The translations under genes were made by a program, and so were the position numbers. DNA of 62,628 nt, the filler included, from Basidiobolus ranarum (Eukaryota): the NCBI GenBank assembly GCA_040143965.1. It is 7 parts of 7 records of this genome, joined end to end, with 100 filler letters (N's around TTAATTAATTAA, not from the genome) between each part and the next. Parts side by side here need not be neighbours in the genome. Positions count along the whole stretch, not along the records: positions 1 to 8,884 come from JASJQH010000907.1; positions 8,985 to 17,862 come from JASJQH010000908.1; 5 more parts are not named here. One strand, 5' to 3'. Below the pieces are notes generated by a model, which was given only the letters and a program-made list of their open reading frames with translations, had not been told where the DNA came from and did not search any database. Below are positions 1-11,648 of the stretch, piece after piece (positions within the stretch are counted from its first letter, which is position 1; every line of letters starts with the position of its first letter).

Positions 1-2
1 CT

Positions 3-773
3 GGACCTGTATGCTATAACTTACGTGTGGTTGAGACCAAAGTTGGCGCCAAGTTGTTGGCAAAAGCCTTGAATCTTGAATACCAGAAACTCGACACCTT
101 TAAGGAAGTTATGGACGCTTACTTCAATAAGAACAAGGAACCCAGCTACACAACCGAGACTGAGCAATGGATCAACCGCCTAACAATCATGCTTGAATTG
201 GTGGAACAGCATATCACCAAGCGTGAGGGATACACCAAGCAGGAAATGGCCCAAGAGATTGACTTGACTGAAACAGAACTCCATGAACGTTTTATGTCGA
301 AATTCCCAGTTCGTGCCGATCTCTTCCAACTTTATACTCGTGCAGTTCATGTTTATTCCGAAGCTCTTAGAGTTGTTAAGTTCCGGGATATCTGTGAAAG
401 TAACAGAGCAGAAGTAGTTGACAGTGAGTCCCTTTTGCGACAATTAGGTGATCTCATGAATGAGAGCCAATACTCATGCCGTGATAACTTCAACTGCTCT
501 TGCCCTGAACTCGAAGAGTTGACTACCGTTTGTCGCAAGGCTGGAGCATTTGGTTCTCGATTGACCGGAGCTGGATGGGGAGGCTGTACTGTCTCACTTG
601 TCCCAGAAGATAACGTTGAAAGCTTTATTGAGACTGTCAAGAACGAATATTTCCGTCAAAAATTCCCAGACTTTACTGAAGAACAACTTGGTGATATTAT
701 TTTCTCTTCTCGTCCCTCCAGTGGTGCTTTCATCTACAGAAAGCACGCTGCTGTCAACCCCATTGGAGGATAG
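3..773 (+). CDS. GAL1: Galactokinase (GHMP kinase), 3' part; truncated by contig start
   Basis: Frame is open from base 3 (GPVCYNLRVVET). Motifs RAVHVYSEALRV, LGDLMNESQ, CSCPEL and GSRLTGAGWGGC are typical of fungal Gal1/GalK2. Stop TAG at 771-773. Confidence 0.93.
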   Translation, partial: GPVCYNLRVVETKVGAKLLAKALNLEYQKLDTFKEVMDAYFNKNKEPSYTTETEQWINRLTIMLELVEQHITKREGYTKQEMAQEIDLTETELHERFMSKFPVRADLFQLYTRAVHVYSEALRVVKFRDICESNRAEVVDSESLLRQLGDLMNESQYSCRDNFNCSCPELEELTTVCRKAGAFGSRLTGAGWGGCTVSLVPEDNVESFIETVKNEYFRQKFPDFTEEQLGDIIFSSRPSSGAFIYRKHAAVNPIGG

Positions 774-1906
774 ACATGTAGATTCACCATTCATTTCATT
801 TCATTGTTACCGCATGTCATCTCGATGCATTTGTTTATAGTTGCTTACTTAATGTCGATACGCGTGAGAACGGTTTTTTCAAATAAATATTTGTAAGAGT
901 CATTCTTCGCAAATCTCACTGTCATGGAAACATTTTTGACGTGTGTAACAATTTAGTGTTCCAGGTTTGGTGCACCAAGTTTGGTAAACCTGGAGTAACT
1001 CCGATTCGGCTCCTTTGTGAAACCCCTAAGGGGTAAGTTACCAATACTAAACTAACCCTACTGATACTTTTGAAATGGCACCCCCTCTCTTTACTACAAA
1101 TGGTTGATCTACATACGACCGCATCATTGTAATCACAAGAGACAAGCAAGAATAGACTTGATTTGGTAATTTTTATTTGAAATAAACTCTATTTCAATGA
1201 TATAAACCAGAGAAGTCTATACACTCCATTTCAGCGATATTAGCTAGAAAGTCCGTAGACTACATGTATCATTTGCGGAGTCAACAGTATAAGCCGTACA
1301 TTTCCTTAAGAACATGCCAGGTTCCAATGGCTTTGAGGCTGGATCTTTTGTCGACTCACTGGGTCGCAACAGCTTGATTGGAGAACTCGTCGACTGGACT
1401 TGATCTATGGCAGTTGATTGGAGCTGTTTGAACAATACGGTGAGCATATCAACCCGATATTCACTCCAGACAAATCACTTTTATCGATGAATTCCGCACC
1501 ACCACTAACAGATATCTCTACTTGACGCTAAGCCACATGAATCTCTATTTTACTAGAACTGAATCACCATTTTCTTCCAAAACTGATCGTTAATAGACTT
1601 TCCAAGATGTATCAATGGGCCAATCAAATTCATCTCAAAATTGCCGAGACAGTTTATCTGACAACGCCCATTCTATGTCCAAGTCTCTTACTCACGCCAC
1701 TCGTAGGTACTCCGAGGCGTAAGGTGTAGTTCAATCGGGTCTATGTAGTGTCAAGATAAGATCTACACTATGGATGGTTGAATGGACAAAAGCGATAAGG
1801 ATTACTACTCATGTAAGGAGCATAAGACGTTGGTTGGGGTGGATGCTCAGGGAGCAATTGAATGATGTTTATGTTTATGAAAGCAGTTAATTTATTGGGC
1901 GGGTAG

Positions 1907-1986
1907 ACCATTATATCCAGTATATAACCATTATATCCAGTATATAACCATTATATCCAGTATATAACCATTATATCCAGTATATA
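1907..1986. repeat. Perfect tandem minisatellite, 4 x 20 bp (ACCATTATATCCAGTATATA)
   Basis: Four identical copies read directly from the sequence. Confidence 0.97.
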
Positions 1987-2690
1987 TTCAACACTTATGT
2001 ATTTATGAATCCACCATATCATACAATTGAAAATTCACTGAACTTGATGCTTTGATCGAATGCTAGTTCTAATCTTGAATAAATGTAGAGTTTGTTTGCT
2101 TCTAGTGAATGTGTTTCTTTACCCAGATTACTAGTCTCCATCTACCCCTTCACCACTGTGCGTTACTCTATGTGCTTTTGGCTTAAGAAGGATTAAATTT
2201 TGGTTAAAGATCTATTGTTAGCTACTTACAACCGACGCCCTATGAGATAAAAGATCTAGACCAGTCTCTGATGAGCTTTAAATAGATAGGTTCACTGTGG
2301 CATTCGACAATGGAAGGTAGATTTTAAACACGTGTGAAACAGTTCTAGAAATATGAGTTAGCCATCATAACTTAAGCAAAGACTAGACTTGGGTGGTTTA
2401 AGTATAAATAAATATTTGATCAACTCGGTTATCAAAACAAGCGATATGAGACCAATGGAATCATCTAAATCCTTACATTCATCATTGAATTGGGTATGAT
2501 GGTTAAATTGGACCAGTCACCACTTCCCATCTAACACCATTTATCCTTTACGACTTTAGATCATTTTTGGTTGGCTAATTAGATATATATTCATTATTTT
2601 GATGTGGTCCATTTTCCTTTCCCCAAAGTCATTGCAAAATCCACTCTCTTAGTAACCCTTACTTACTCCACTTCATAACTAAGTAAAATC

Positions 2691-4051
2691 ATGAAAGCTC
2701 TCATTTTAGTTGGAGGTAACAAGGTCCTACATTATTTCTTACCAAGATGTCATACTAATACTTTACTTGTCCTCATCTAGGTTTTGGTACCCGCCTTCGT
2801 CCCCTTACTCTCACCCTCCCTAAACCTTTGGTAGAGTTTGCCAATAAGCCCATGATCCTTCATCAGATTGAGGCTTTGGTTAAGGTAAAAGAGGAACTCA
2901 ATTGTCTTCCCAACAACCAATTTATTTAATACGAGATTATTTAGGCGGGTGTGACAGATATTATTCTGGCTGTTAACTATCGTCCAGAAATCATGGTATC
3001 AGTTCTTGAAAAATATGAAAAAGAATATGGAGTCAAGATCACCTTCTCTGTTGAAACTGAACCTTTAGGCACGGGTATGTATACAGTGATATTTATATAT
3101 ATAGTACTTGAAGCAAAAATTAACTCTTTGGTCGATATTATAGCTGGACCACTTGCTCTCGCTAAAGAGATCCTTGGTAGAGATGATAGTCCTTTCTTCG
3201 TGTTGAATAGTGATGTCATCTGTGATTTCCCCTTCGAACAACTTCTTGACTTCCACAAGAATCACGGTGCGGAGGGAACTATTGTCGTCACCAAAGTTGA
3301 TGAACCATCCAAATACGGTGTTGTTGTTAATAAACCCGAGAGTACCGCTATCGAACGTTTTGTTGAAAAACCAGTTGAATTCGTTTCGAACAAGATCAAC
3401 GCCGGTATCTACATTTTCAACCCAACTGTCTTGACTCGTATCGAGGTAAACCCCAAAATGACTGGTCATTTTTATTCTTAGAAGATATAATATATTTACC
3501 AAAAATCTACATCATTTCAGCCTAAACCAACTTCCATTGAAAAAGAAATCTTCCCTAAGATGGCAGCGGAAGTTCAGCTTCATTCCTTTAATCTAGAAGG
3601 ATTCTGGATGGATGTTGGTCAACCTAAAGATTTCCTTACCGGTACCTGTCTATACCTCTCCCATCTATCGAAGCGTAGCCCACAGAGTTTGGCTCCTTCC
3701 TCTGAACCTTATGTCCATGGTGGCAATGTTCTTGTTGATCCAAGTGCCAAGATTGGAAAAGGTTGTAAAATTGGGCCCAACGTTGTAATCGGACCCAATA
3801 TTGTTATTGGTGATGGTGTCCGTCTCCAAAGATGCGTCTTACTCGACGGTGTTAGAGTAAAGGATCATGCTTGGATCAAGAGTGCTATCATTGGTTGGCA
3901 CTCGGTTGTAGGCAGATGGTGTCGTTTGGAAGGAGTCACTGTTCTTGGAGATGATGTTAGTGTTAGTGATGAAATCTACGTCAACGGAGGATCCGTTCTG
4001 CCTCACAAGGGAATCAGTGTTAACGTTTCGGAGCCACAAATTATTATGTAA
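2691..4051 (+). CDS. PSA1: Mannose-1-phosphate guanylyltransferase (GDP-mannose pyrophosphorylase); exons 2691-2715, 2781-2884, 2945-3074, 3144-3445, 3521-4051
   Basis: Spliced product starts [41 protein letters not shown]. It contains [30 protein letters not shown] and a C-terminal hexapeptide beta-helix ending PQIIM. All four introns are GT-AG and keep frame. Confidence 0.97.
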
Positions 4052-4207
4052 CCTGTGAGAAACATTCTACTTTCACAGCCACATTTACATCATTTACTCC
4101 ATACTATCTCAGAAGATGGATTCAACTATTTTATGAAAATGTATTTTAGATCGGTTTTTCTATACTTTTAATAATAAATCATTCAATAACATCATAGCGG
4201 TGACTGT

Positions 4208-4572
4208 CTATCTGTAAAGTCTGTATGCTGCAAGTGCAACAAAGCCTAATAAAGTTAGTGAGTTGGGTTTCTTTTCAGTCCTCAGAAAGAGACAAGCGCT
4301 AAGTACCTAAACCAATCACCCTCAAACCATTGCGTCTTCTCACCAAAGAAACGTCAAGCTTTGAAGCTTCGTACATAAGATAACCACCAATACCCGTGAA
4401 TGCAACGGCACCCGTCAATTTACAAGGTAAGCAATCTTCGTATACTACCTTCACTTGGGGCTGATTATCCTGTAACAAGATACACGGAAAGGGAATGGTT
4501 TATTAACAAGCCTCATAACAAACAGTAATATTGAAATTCAGCGCTTACTTTAGAGTCGGTCATAGTAGCCAT
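4208..4572 (-). CDS. 74-aa DUF4536/DMAC1-like small membrane protein; exons 4572-4549, 4469-4307, 4245-4208
   Basis: Manual splicing gives MATMTDSKDNQPQVKVVYEDCLPCKLTGAVAFTGIGGYLMYEASKLDVSLVRRRNGLRVIGLGFVALAAYRLYR*. A DCxxC motif followed by a Gly-rich TM helix and a second C-terminal TM helix fits DUF4536. Two clean GT-AG introns. Confidence 0.8.
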
Positions 4573-5042
4573 TAATCTAGCAAAGAGTATACTTTGGTTT
4601 GAAATTTTTTTTCGCAGGAGCTATCGATTAGTCACTAAATTTTGGTTACGAATTTGGTATCATTCCAAATGGTCACTCTTTGTGGCAATACAATGGATTA
4701 TTCGAAAAACCTATAAATAATCATGATGGATCTCCAAAGCAGAGGCAGAAGTAGTCATATTGAATGATTTGATGTGTCTAAATCATTAACTATGTGATTT
4801 ATTTAAAATAACATCAATATTGTTATTAACTGAAAGTATCTTATTCGTGAACACCAACTGTTGTTTTCGTGACATCTATCACTAGGGTATTGGCTGTCCC
4901 TGGTCGTGGATGCTAATTGGTCGAAACAATGTTTATGATTGGGGACGCGGCGACTATTTGAGTTGCTTTTGTTTATTGACTCCAACTCTCACTACATACC
5001 AATATCAACCTACCCTTTCTATCATCACAATCGTTAGGTACT

Positions 5043-6794
5043 ATGACTACGGGCTTTACTGAAAAGTCTTACGAAGCCGAGGTGAACGCATACAATGAAA
5101 TTTGCTTGACAAGCACCGAAGAACAATGGGATAAACGTCGTGACGTGATCACTAACTTGAAGGCGTCGTTGGAGGAAGCAGTGCTGCTAGAAAACTTCAT
5201 CGCCACAAGCTTAATCGTGTCAAACCAAATCATAGAATGCATTAAGAGTGAAAGAACTCAACTCTGTAACTTGGCCATGGATTACGTCGAGGAAATCGCG
5301 AAACACGCTGAATCCAAGTTTGATCCTTTGGCTGAACATTATTTACCCGTTATCTTGAAGAATTGCGGTCGTACCAACAAAATTGTTAGACTCAAGGCGG
5401 GCAACTGTCTAATGGGTATCTTAGCCAACGTCGGTCCTACCAGTTGGTTTGGTGCAATGCTGAACGAAAAGACCCATGAGAATAAAGATATTCGTTTCCA
5501 TGTTGCCAAAGGGCTAAGTGTTATCCTTAATATGGACAAGTACGACATCACCCACTTTCTTTCCCCAATTGAAGAGACTATTGCGGTTGCCATTGGCGAT
5601 GCTTCTTCGGAAGTTCGAGAATTCGGCCTTCAATCATATCGTCAATTCTTTCAAAAACTACCTGAGCGAGAGCAATCATTCCGCGCCAACTTGGACATAA
5701 GTACCTTGAAAACTTTGGAGAAGCTACAAGCTCGTCAAGCCGCAACTACCAACAAAAAAAGTCAACGTCCTGGTATTGCCGAATTGAAGAAACAAATGAA
5801 AGCAAAGATGATGGCCAACAAACAAGTCGAAGATGTAGTTATCATGATTGCTGAGCCGGAAAAAGCTCCTGATACTTCATCCGAAGTAATACTCGAAACT
5901 GTGAAGCCCCAAGAGGACACACAAAATGTGAACAATAGTTACCAAGACACCACTCCTGAGTCAGAAACCTCAATCAACCCTATTGAACAATCTAAGAATA
6001 GCTCTGAGGTAGGCCCCCCCTCCCCAAAAAGACCCGCAGAACATACCAAAGGCACTTCTCCCCCTCCGAAGAAAATGTCATCGACTGCTATTCCCCAACT
6101 GAATAAAGCTTTATTCGGCGAGGCTGAGAAAGCACTTCCGACCAAGGCAGCCGCTCCTAAGCCACAACTCAAAGCTCCGAAGACGGCTAGACCAAACTCT
6201 TCACTTGAGATGTCCAAACCAATCAACCGACCCCCTTCAGCAAGTCTTGTCAAATCCAATGCCAGTCGTCCCGCGTTGTCGAATCCTGCCCCAGGCCTCA
6301 AACGTACCAGCGTCACAGTGACTGGAGGTGCCCAAAGAGTTGTGAATAAAACTGCTCCGCTGAAGAAATCAGCTACTACGTCCATCAGCAAAAAGCCAAC
6401 TGTCGAACCCAAAGCCCCCTTGCAATCCCAGAATCGCACCATCAAAAAACCTTTGATGAAACCAGTCATCGCACACCCCACCGCAAAAGTAGATAGTGGT
6501 ATGCCCACTCCAAATACAAAGCGCAGTGGTGCAGAAACTACCTCCCAGATACATAAGCGCACTCTCTCACCTCATATTGAGTTGAATAATACTCTAGACA
6601 GTAAGTTACCCAAGCCTACTCGTTTCAAATCAGGAAACTTTTCCCGACCTACAGCCTCATCCAACGCTCGAGTTTCCGCTACTTCGGAAGCAATGAAGCT
6701 CAAAGAGGCCAACACTAGAGGATCCACAGCTAGTGGTAAAACTCGAAAAATTATCGGCACAACCGGACCACTTAGAGTCAAGCGTAGTAATTGA
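5043..6794 (+). CDS. CLASP N-terminal (TOG/HEAT) domain protein with a long basic S/T/P/K-rich tail; Stu1/CLASP-like microtubule-associated protein
   Basis: 583-aa intronless ORF. WDKR, KSERTQL, LPVILKNCGRTNKIV and DASSEVR are CLASP_N-like; the C-terminal half is low-complexity and basic. Confidence 0.8.
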   Translation: MTTGFTEKSYEAEVNAYNEICLTSTEEQWDKRRDVITNLKASLEEAVLLENFIATSLIVSNQIIECIKSERTQLCNLAMDYVEEIAKHAESKFDPLAEHYLPVILKNCGRTNKIVRLKAGNCLMGILANVGPTSWFGAMLNEKTHENKDIRFHVAKGLSVILNMDKYDITHFLSPIEETIAVAIGDASSEVREFGLQSYRQFFQKLPEREQSFRANLDISTLKTLEKLQARQAATTNKKSQRPGIAELKKQMKAKMMANKQVEDVVIMIAEPEKAPDTSSEVILETVKPQEDTQNVNNSYQDTTPESETSINPIEQSKNSSEVGPPSPKRPAEHTKGTSPPPKKMSSTAIPQLNKALFGEAEKALPTKAAAPKPQLKAPKTARPNSSLEMSKPINRPPSASLVKSNASRPALSNPAPGLKRTSVTVTGGAQRVVNKTAPLKKSATTSISKKPTVEPKAPLQSQNRTIKKPLMKPVIAHPTAKVDSGMPTPNTKRSGAETTSQIHKRTLSPHIELNNTLDSKLPKPTRFKSGNFSRPTASSNARVSATSEAMKLKEANTRGSTASGKTRKIIGTTGPLRVKRSN

Positions 6795-7065
6795 ACAGGG
6801 ATTAGTTTGGTGTGTAATAGGAAGGAGATATTGTAATATATCTGTAATTGTATTTTACGAATAAATTATTCAGTATGTTTGTGAGCGTTGACGGCTCGCA
6901 AAAAACCATCAAATCAAAGGTTAAAAATTTCATCAGTTTGCTGGCTTAAGGAGTGAATTTACATACCCAATCAAATGTACAATAGAAAAAAATCCTGGAT
7001 ATACCATCAATTATTCACTATGGTTGACTATGTATCTTTCTTATTGACCACCACGCTTATTTCAA

Positions 7066-8884
7066 ATGGAGAATGACTTGACACAGTTGCACGAAGTGCT
7101 AATAGGCTTACCCACCATGTCGAAAAGAATTGTAGACAGTACCCGGCATGAGAAAGTATTCTCCTACATTCAGGGAAACATCTCCAAGTATGGGGATAGT
7201 TTATATGAAGTTTTAGAAAAGTGGAATATTGTCCATATATTATCCGTAAGTTGGACACTTTATTTATTCCTTCTTGGAAAAACACTTATTTCTCTATCTT
7301 TTGACGAATACTTTCTGGAAAATAAATTTCAATGTTTACTTGAAAAACTAGCTTTGTTTCGAAGACACCCAAGATTTTAGAGTGACCTCTATAGGCTTGA
7401 GAGTCATTGGGAGTTTGATCGACTCTCTTGTAGTAAACCGAGAGAGTTTTTTAGAAAAGCTGTTCTCAGACACGAATATATTCAACTTATTGTTGGATAA
7501 ATTGGCTGAATCAGAAGTAGGTTTACTTCGGTTCTCTTCGATGGAATGTTTAAAAAGCTTGGTGAAGAGTAAACTCGGTATTAGCTGGTTAGTTTCATAA
7601 AGCAATCTCTCTCTTGATATCGTTTTATGCAAACGTAGGGTTCATCGATATTTACTGCCCCTTTCCCTTTAGGTTGAACTCCACTATCACGTTCCCTGAT
7701 ATCTTCAGCAATTTGCTTTATGATTCCAGCAACTATGTAGGTGTGATTATTTATCGATTTGGAGGCTGTCTTGTTAATCGATTTGGTTCGTTGAATAGGT
7801 TGTTTCTGGTAGTTGTGACTTCTTCATATATCTAGTGTCTCTGTCGCAAACGCCGGACTGGACAGAGATTCATGAAGAGTTATTCTCGAAGCTTGTAAAC
7901 TCGATGAAACTGCTTTCGAATCTTCCCGATATAATCAACCCCAACATCTCAGTGCACCATAGAGTATGTGAATTGGAATTGATTTGGGCCTTAGTTAACT
8001 CTAAAAAGCCAAGGGCGTTGAGTTTTTTAAGTGAACATAAAATGGTGGATACTGTTTACTATGTGTGTTGTATTGACCATAAAACTCATCTATGCTTTGT
8101 TGTTCTGAATCCATTAGTTAATCAATATATACGCTCTACATGGTGACGGGAACAGAGTTATACAAACGAGAGCCAACGAGATTCTCAGCACTATATTTGA
8201 ATGGGCTCCATATCCTTTGTTGCTACTTGGCGCCCCTGATACATTTCAACATACCGACGATGAACAACTTCAATTACTGCAGAGCACGTATCGTTCCATT
8301 CCTTCCCCTACTGTCCCCTTTGAGTGGAAATGATATACTAATCGTACATTTCCATCAACAGCTTTTGAATACAGTCTGAAGCATGTGGTTATACCGTTGA
8401 TTATGTCACCGGAAAGTTATAAGCCTTTGGCCGCCATCAATGTCCTTGATTCCATGAGCAAACTCGTATCAAGGGATGTCCATAATCGAGAGAAGATGGG
8501 TCAGAGTCTTGTAGACCTTCTAATTTTTTTGATGTCTCTCACTTCGAATCAGGTAGACAACAAAGTAGAGGTCGACTGCTTAACCATAAATCAAACGACG
8601 GCGATCGAACAGAAGGTGCGTTCACACTTTAACCGTTTCTAAGGTGTTTTGATTTCTAATGTATTTCACAATCAGCTTCATGAGCAATTCGCCAGAGGAG
8701 TTCGAGTAAATACCAACCGTAAAGCCATTGCTCTGAGAGTCATATTGGTACTCCTTTCTATCATGAAGAGCGAGCATCACTTACTCCAGGTATGTTATTT
8801 GCATATGAACTCTGTGATTCAATCTAAACTTGGAATGGCCTCTTTTGTTTTCAGTCGATAGATATTGTTGATCGGTGCCTGCAT
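7066..8884 (+). CDS. BRAT1: BRAT1-like ARM-repeat protein, multi-exon, 3' truncated by contig end (first exons 7066-7245, 7352-7587, then from 7673)
   Basis: Spliced N-terminus RIVDSTRHEKVFSYI...VHILSLCFEDTQDFRVTSIGLRVIGSL...CLKSLVKSKLGISWL...LLYDSSNYVVSGSCDFF parallels remembered human BRAT1 (VADDTCLEKLLDWF...VLSFSLRLAGTF...GLRSLAQHPSALRFL...LQGDSSLFVASAASQLL). Later exon boundaries are approximate. Confidence 0.62.
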
Positions 8885-8984
8885 NNNNNNNNNNNNNNNN
8901 NNNNNNNNNNNNNNNNNNNNNNNNNNNNTTAATTAATTAANNNNNNNNNNNNNNNNNNNNNNNNNNNNNNNNNNNNNNNNNNNN
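8885..8984. other. Artificial contig linker
   Basis: N44-TTAATTAATTAA-N44, with stops in all frames. Confidence 0.99.
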
Positions 8985-9219
8985 CAAAAATTCACGCTGC
9001 ATATGGGCACGCGAACCAGAAAGATATATTTACTTACCCGGCTATATATACAGAATGTGATTCGATAATATGTATTTGTTTGTTATCGTTGCATCTTTCT
9101 TATTCTATTTGTTATTTGTACTACTATTTTTAGGGTCTCACAAATTGCGTTATTCAATCCATAAATGGGATCTCACGCCCGCGGATAGTGGGAGTTTCGC
9201 CTGAAATAAGGGTACAACA
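8985..9219 (+). mobile_element. Probable 3' end of a retrotransposon LTR (3' or solo LTR)
   Basis: At the contig start: TATA-like GCTATATATA, a T-rich tract, and an end in ...GGGTACAACA (TGTTG...CAACA-type terminus). No TGG primer-binding site follows. Confidence 0.4.
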
Positions 9220-11321
9220 TATCTTTCCCCAAAACTTTGTTGACCATTATCAGATCAATCCGGTATGAATGGAAAATGTGAAAGAGACAGAAGATTTGAA
9301 ATTCTTGACTTGCAAAAATACCCTTTAGCTACACGCTAAACGGCTTGAAAAGGTTAACTTAAAATATCCTAGTCTAGCTTTCGAAAATGCTCTCCATTTG
9401 AAATATTCATTATGTACACATTGAATCATGTAATAGTACAGCGTCTCGCCGAAATTGCAAAACATGATTTGATGAGAAACACCTCTGCTGTACCTGTAAA
9501 AGCTTTATTGATAAGTGTAGAACCATTAGATAGACTTCGGGGTTCCTTCATTTCTAGTCTTATTGACCACCCTTGGCTATATGCCGTGCTGTATCAATTG
9601 TTACCGTACTATCCTGGTGCCCATTAACTTCTCATCTATGCCTCTAACAAAGCAGAGTTGAAGAGCCAGGTCTGCATTGACTCTTTTCTCCACATCCTCC
9701 TTTTCTAATTTGCATAAAATACTTATTTTGTCACCATTTGTAAGTATTTTTAGACCACTAGGGTTAGATACAAAATGTAACACCATGATTACCTACTGAA
9801 TATGCTCTTGATGTTGCTGAAGTAAACCTATAATTTATCTCTGTCATGCTATCAATACACGAAATGATAGAATCCGTTTGTGCTGAGTGACCTTTTGTAT
9901 GCAACTATAAATCATTTTTTTTCTTAATAAACATTACTCGATTGCCCTTATTTTACTTTATAAGCTTTTAACACCATTTTCAGCTACCTACTTTATCTCT
10001 TCCTCTAGAAATTAAGTGAATGTCAAAATAGCCTCTCTAAACCAGAAAACATAGCAAAACACTCAGTTCTACGCAACACAGTGCATTTATTAAGTAATGA
10101 AATAAAAAGAAAATAACTGGATTGGTCATCAAGCGATATTGGAATGCAAATAGGATGTTAATGCAAGCTCAGTTAGATTCTCCTTCAAAAATGTAATGCA
10201 AATAGAATTTGAAAAGCGCTCTTGACGCTATAATGGCATAGATCTCTTTCATACATTTACAGAGTGCCAAAAACCAGTTCAGTGGCTTAGGGTAATATAT
10301 GGCAAAAGATGTTTCTTAAAAATTATGAAATTGTAAGTATTTCACCTATATTCAAGAATTACGTAGTGGAATCCAAAGTAATATCGTGCTCTCAGAAATA
10401 GCCACTAAAATAAAAACGAAAGATCAAAAATACTGCTACCATCGAAACAATGGAATTTATAAGAACTAAAACAGAAAGTAGCTTGGTACGTCTGATATGC
10501 AAAGCAATAGAATGAAGTGACCTACCCTGAACGTTGTGTGAGCAAACTGAAAACAATATATTTAATATCACTGATCCTGGTAAGTACTGACTATCAGAAG
10601 ATAAGTAATATAACCCTAAGTTCTAGAAGTAAATATCTGAGACATACCCAAACTTCATGTGGCGTATTGAACTGAATCTATATTCAATATCACAATATTG
10701 ACAGAAGAAACAAAGCCTGGAGATGGCCAAACATGCTGATTTATACAGCTATATAGATGTTGCATATGAAGATAGCCACTGGCCGATTTAAAATTCTCTT
10801 TCGATAATGGCTTTTCTATCATTTCAGTGCTAGAGATCTCTGGTAGCCTTATCTTCCTCTCAACCAAACATCAACGGTGATTATGGTAATTCCAAATGTT
10901 AACCTTAAGGATAGAACTCTATCTCGGATTATACCAGGTTTGAAATCAGCATTTTGAACTAATCTTGAGGAGTAAACTTTGTAAATGACTTCCTTCATTA
11001 CATAGTTAAGTCAATCATGACCGTGAATGGATATTTTTGCTGAAGCTACGAATAGTATTCATGGGAATAGAGCAACGTGGTAACCATCTTCCATAAGGTA
11101 GCGATATGACTACTATCAAGTCGGTTAAATAAAAAATGACCCTCGCATTACTCCATTAAGCGATAGAGAACTATTACTCCTTTAGTTATATGAGAAACGA
11201 CAAGTCATAAATCCATCTAGTTATTAAATATGCGATTTGAAAGATTATTAAGTACAAGCAGTGAAAAACCTGGAGGTACCTCCATGGTAAATAGTACGAT
11301 TGCAAATGCTAATCTATATTA

Positions 11322-11446
11322 ATCTGATAATACCTTATTGGCGCTCATCTGATTGTTCCAAGCTGGCATTCATATATATCAAGGAACATTTACCCTGTGC
11401 TTAGTATCCCCATAAGTACTACTATAGAAGTGTGCTATTATCAGAT
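11322..11446. promoter_or_regulatory. Two ATCTGATAA boxes in opposite orientations (11322-11330 +, 11438-11446 -) plus variant ATCTGATTG at 11347
   Basis: Exact matches to the ATCWGATAA consensus of fungal iron-responsive GATA repressors, 200-330 bp upstream of the MFS start codon. Confidence 0.45.
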
Positions 11447-11648
11447 GTTACTTGTCCTTAATCAATACCAATCGGGCCAACGAGAGATTGCTTACTTGGC
11501 TACCAGTATCCAAATGGTTCATCACTGAAATTGGCTAGGGATACCCCTACATATTGCATAGTATAAATGTGACACTCAGAATTCAGAATGATGGTATCCC
11601 CTTTAAGTTAACTATATTTTTAAATCTACTTTGCCTGACCACAACATC

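Noticed and set aside
1244-1447. 67-aa minus-strand ORF between GAL1 and PSA1
   Set aside because: No recognisable motif or supporting splice structure.
1722-1790. tRNA-like start GGTGTAGTTCAATCGG
   Set aside because: A-box-like only; no T-loop GTTCRA and no closing acceptor stem.
1907-1986. CRISPR array
   Set aside because: Repeats abut with no spacers, the context is eukaryotic and there are no cas genes.
5939-6562. 207-aa antisense ORF, and similar antisense ORFs over PSA1, MDH, ABCB and the deacetylase
   Set aside because: Shadow ORFs explained by codon bias of the real genes on the opposite strand.
8929-8940. TTAATTAATTAA recurring every ~8.9 kb as a biological periodic motif
   Set aside because: Always embedded in N44 padding; it is a synthetic linker.
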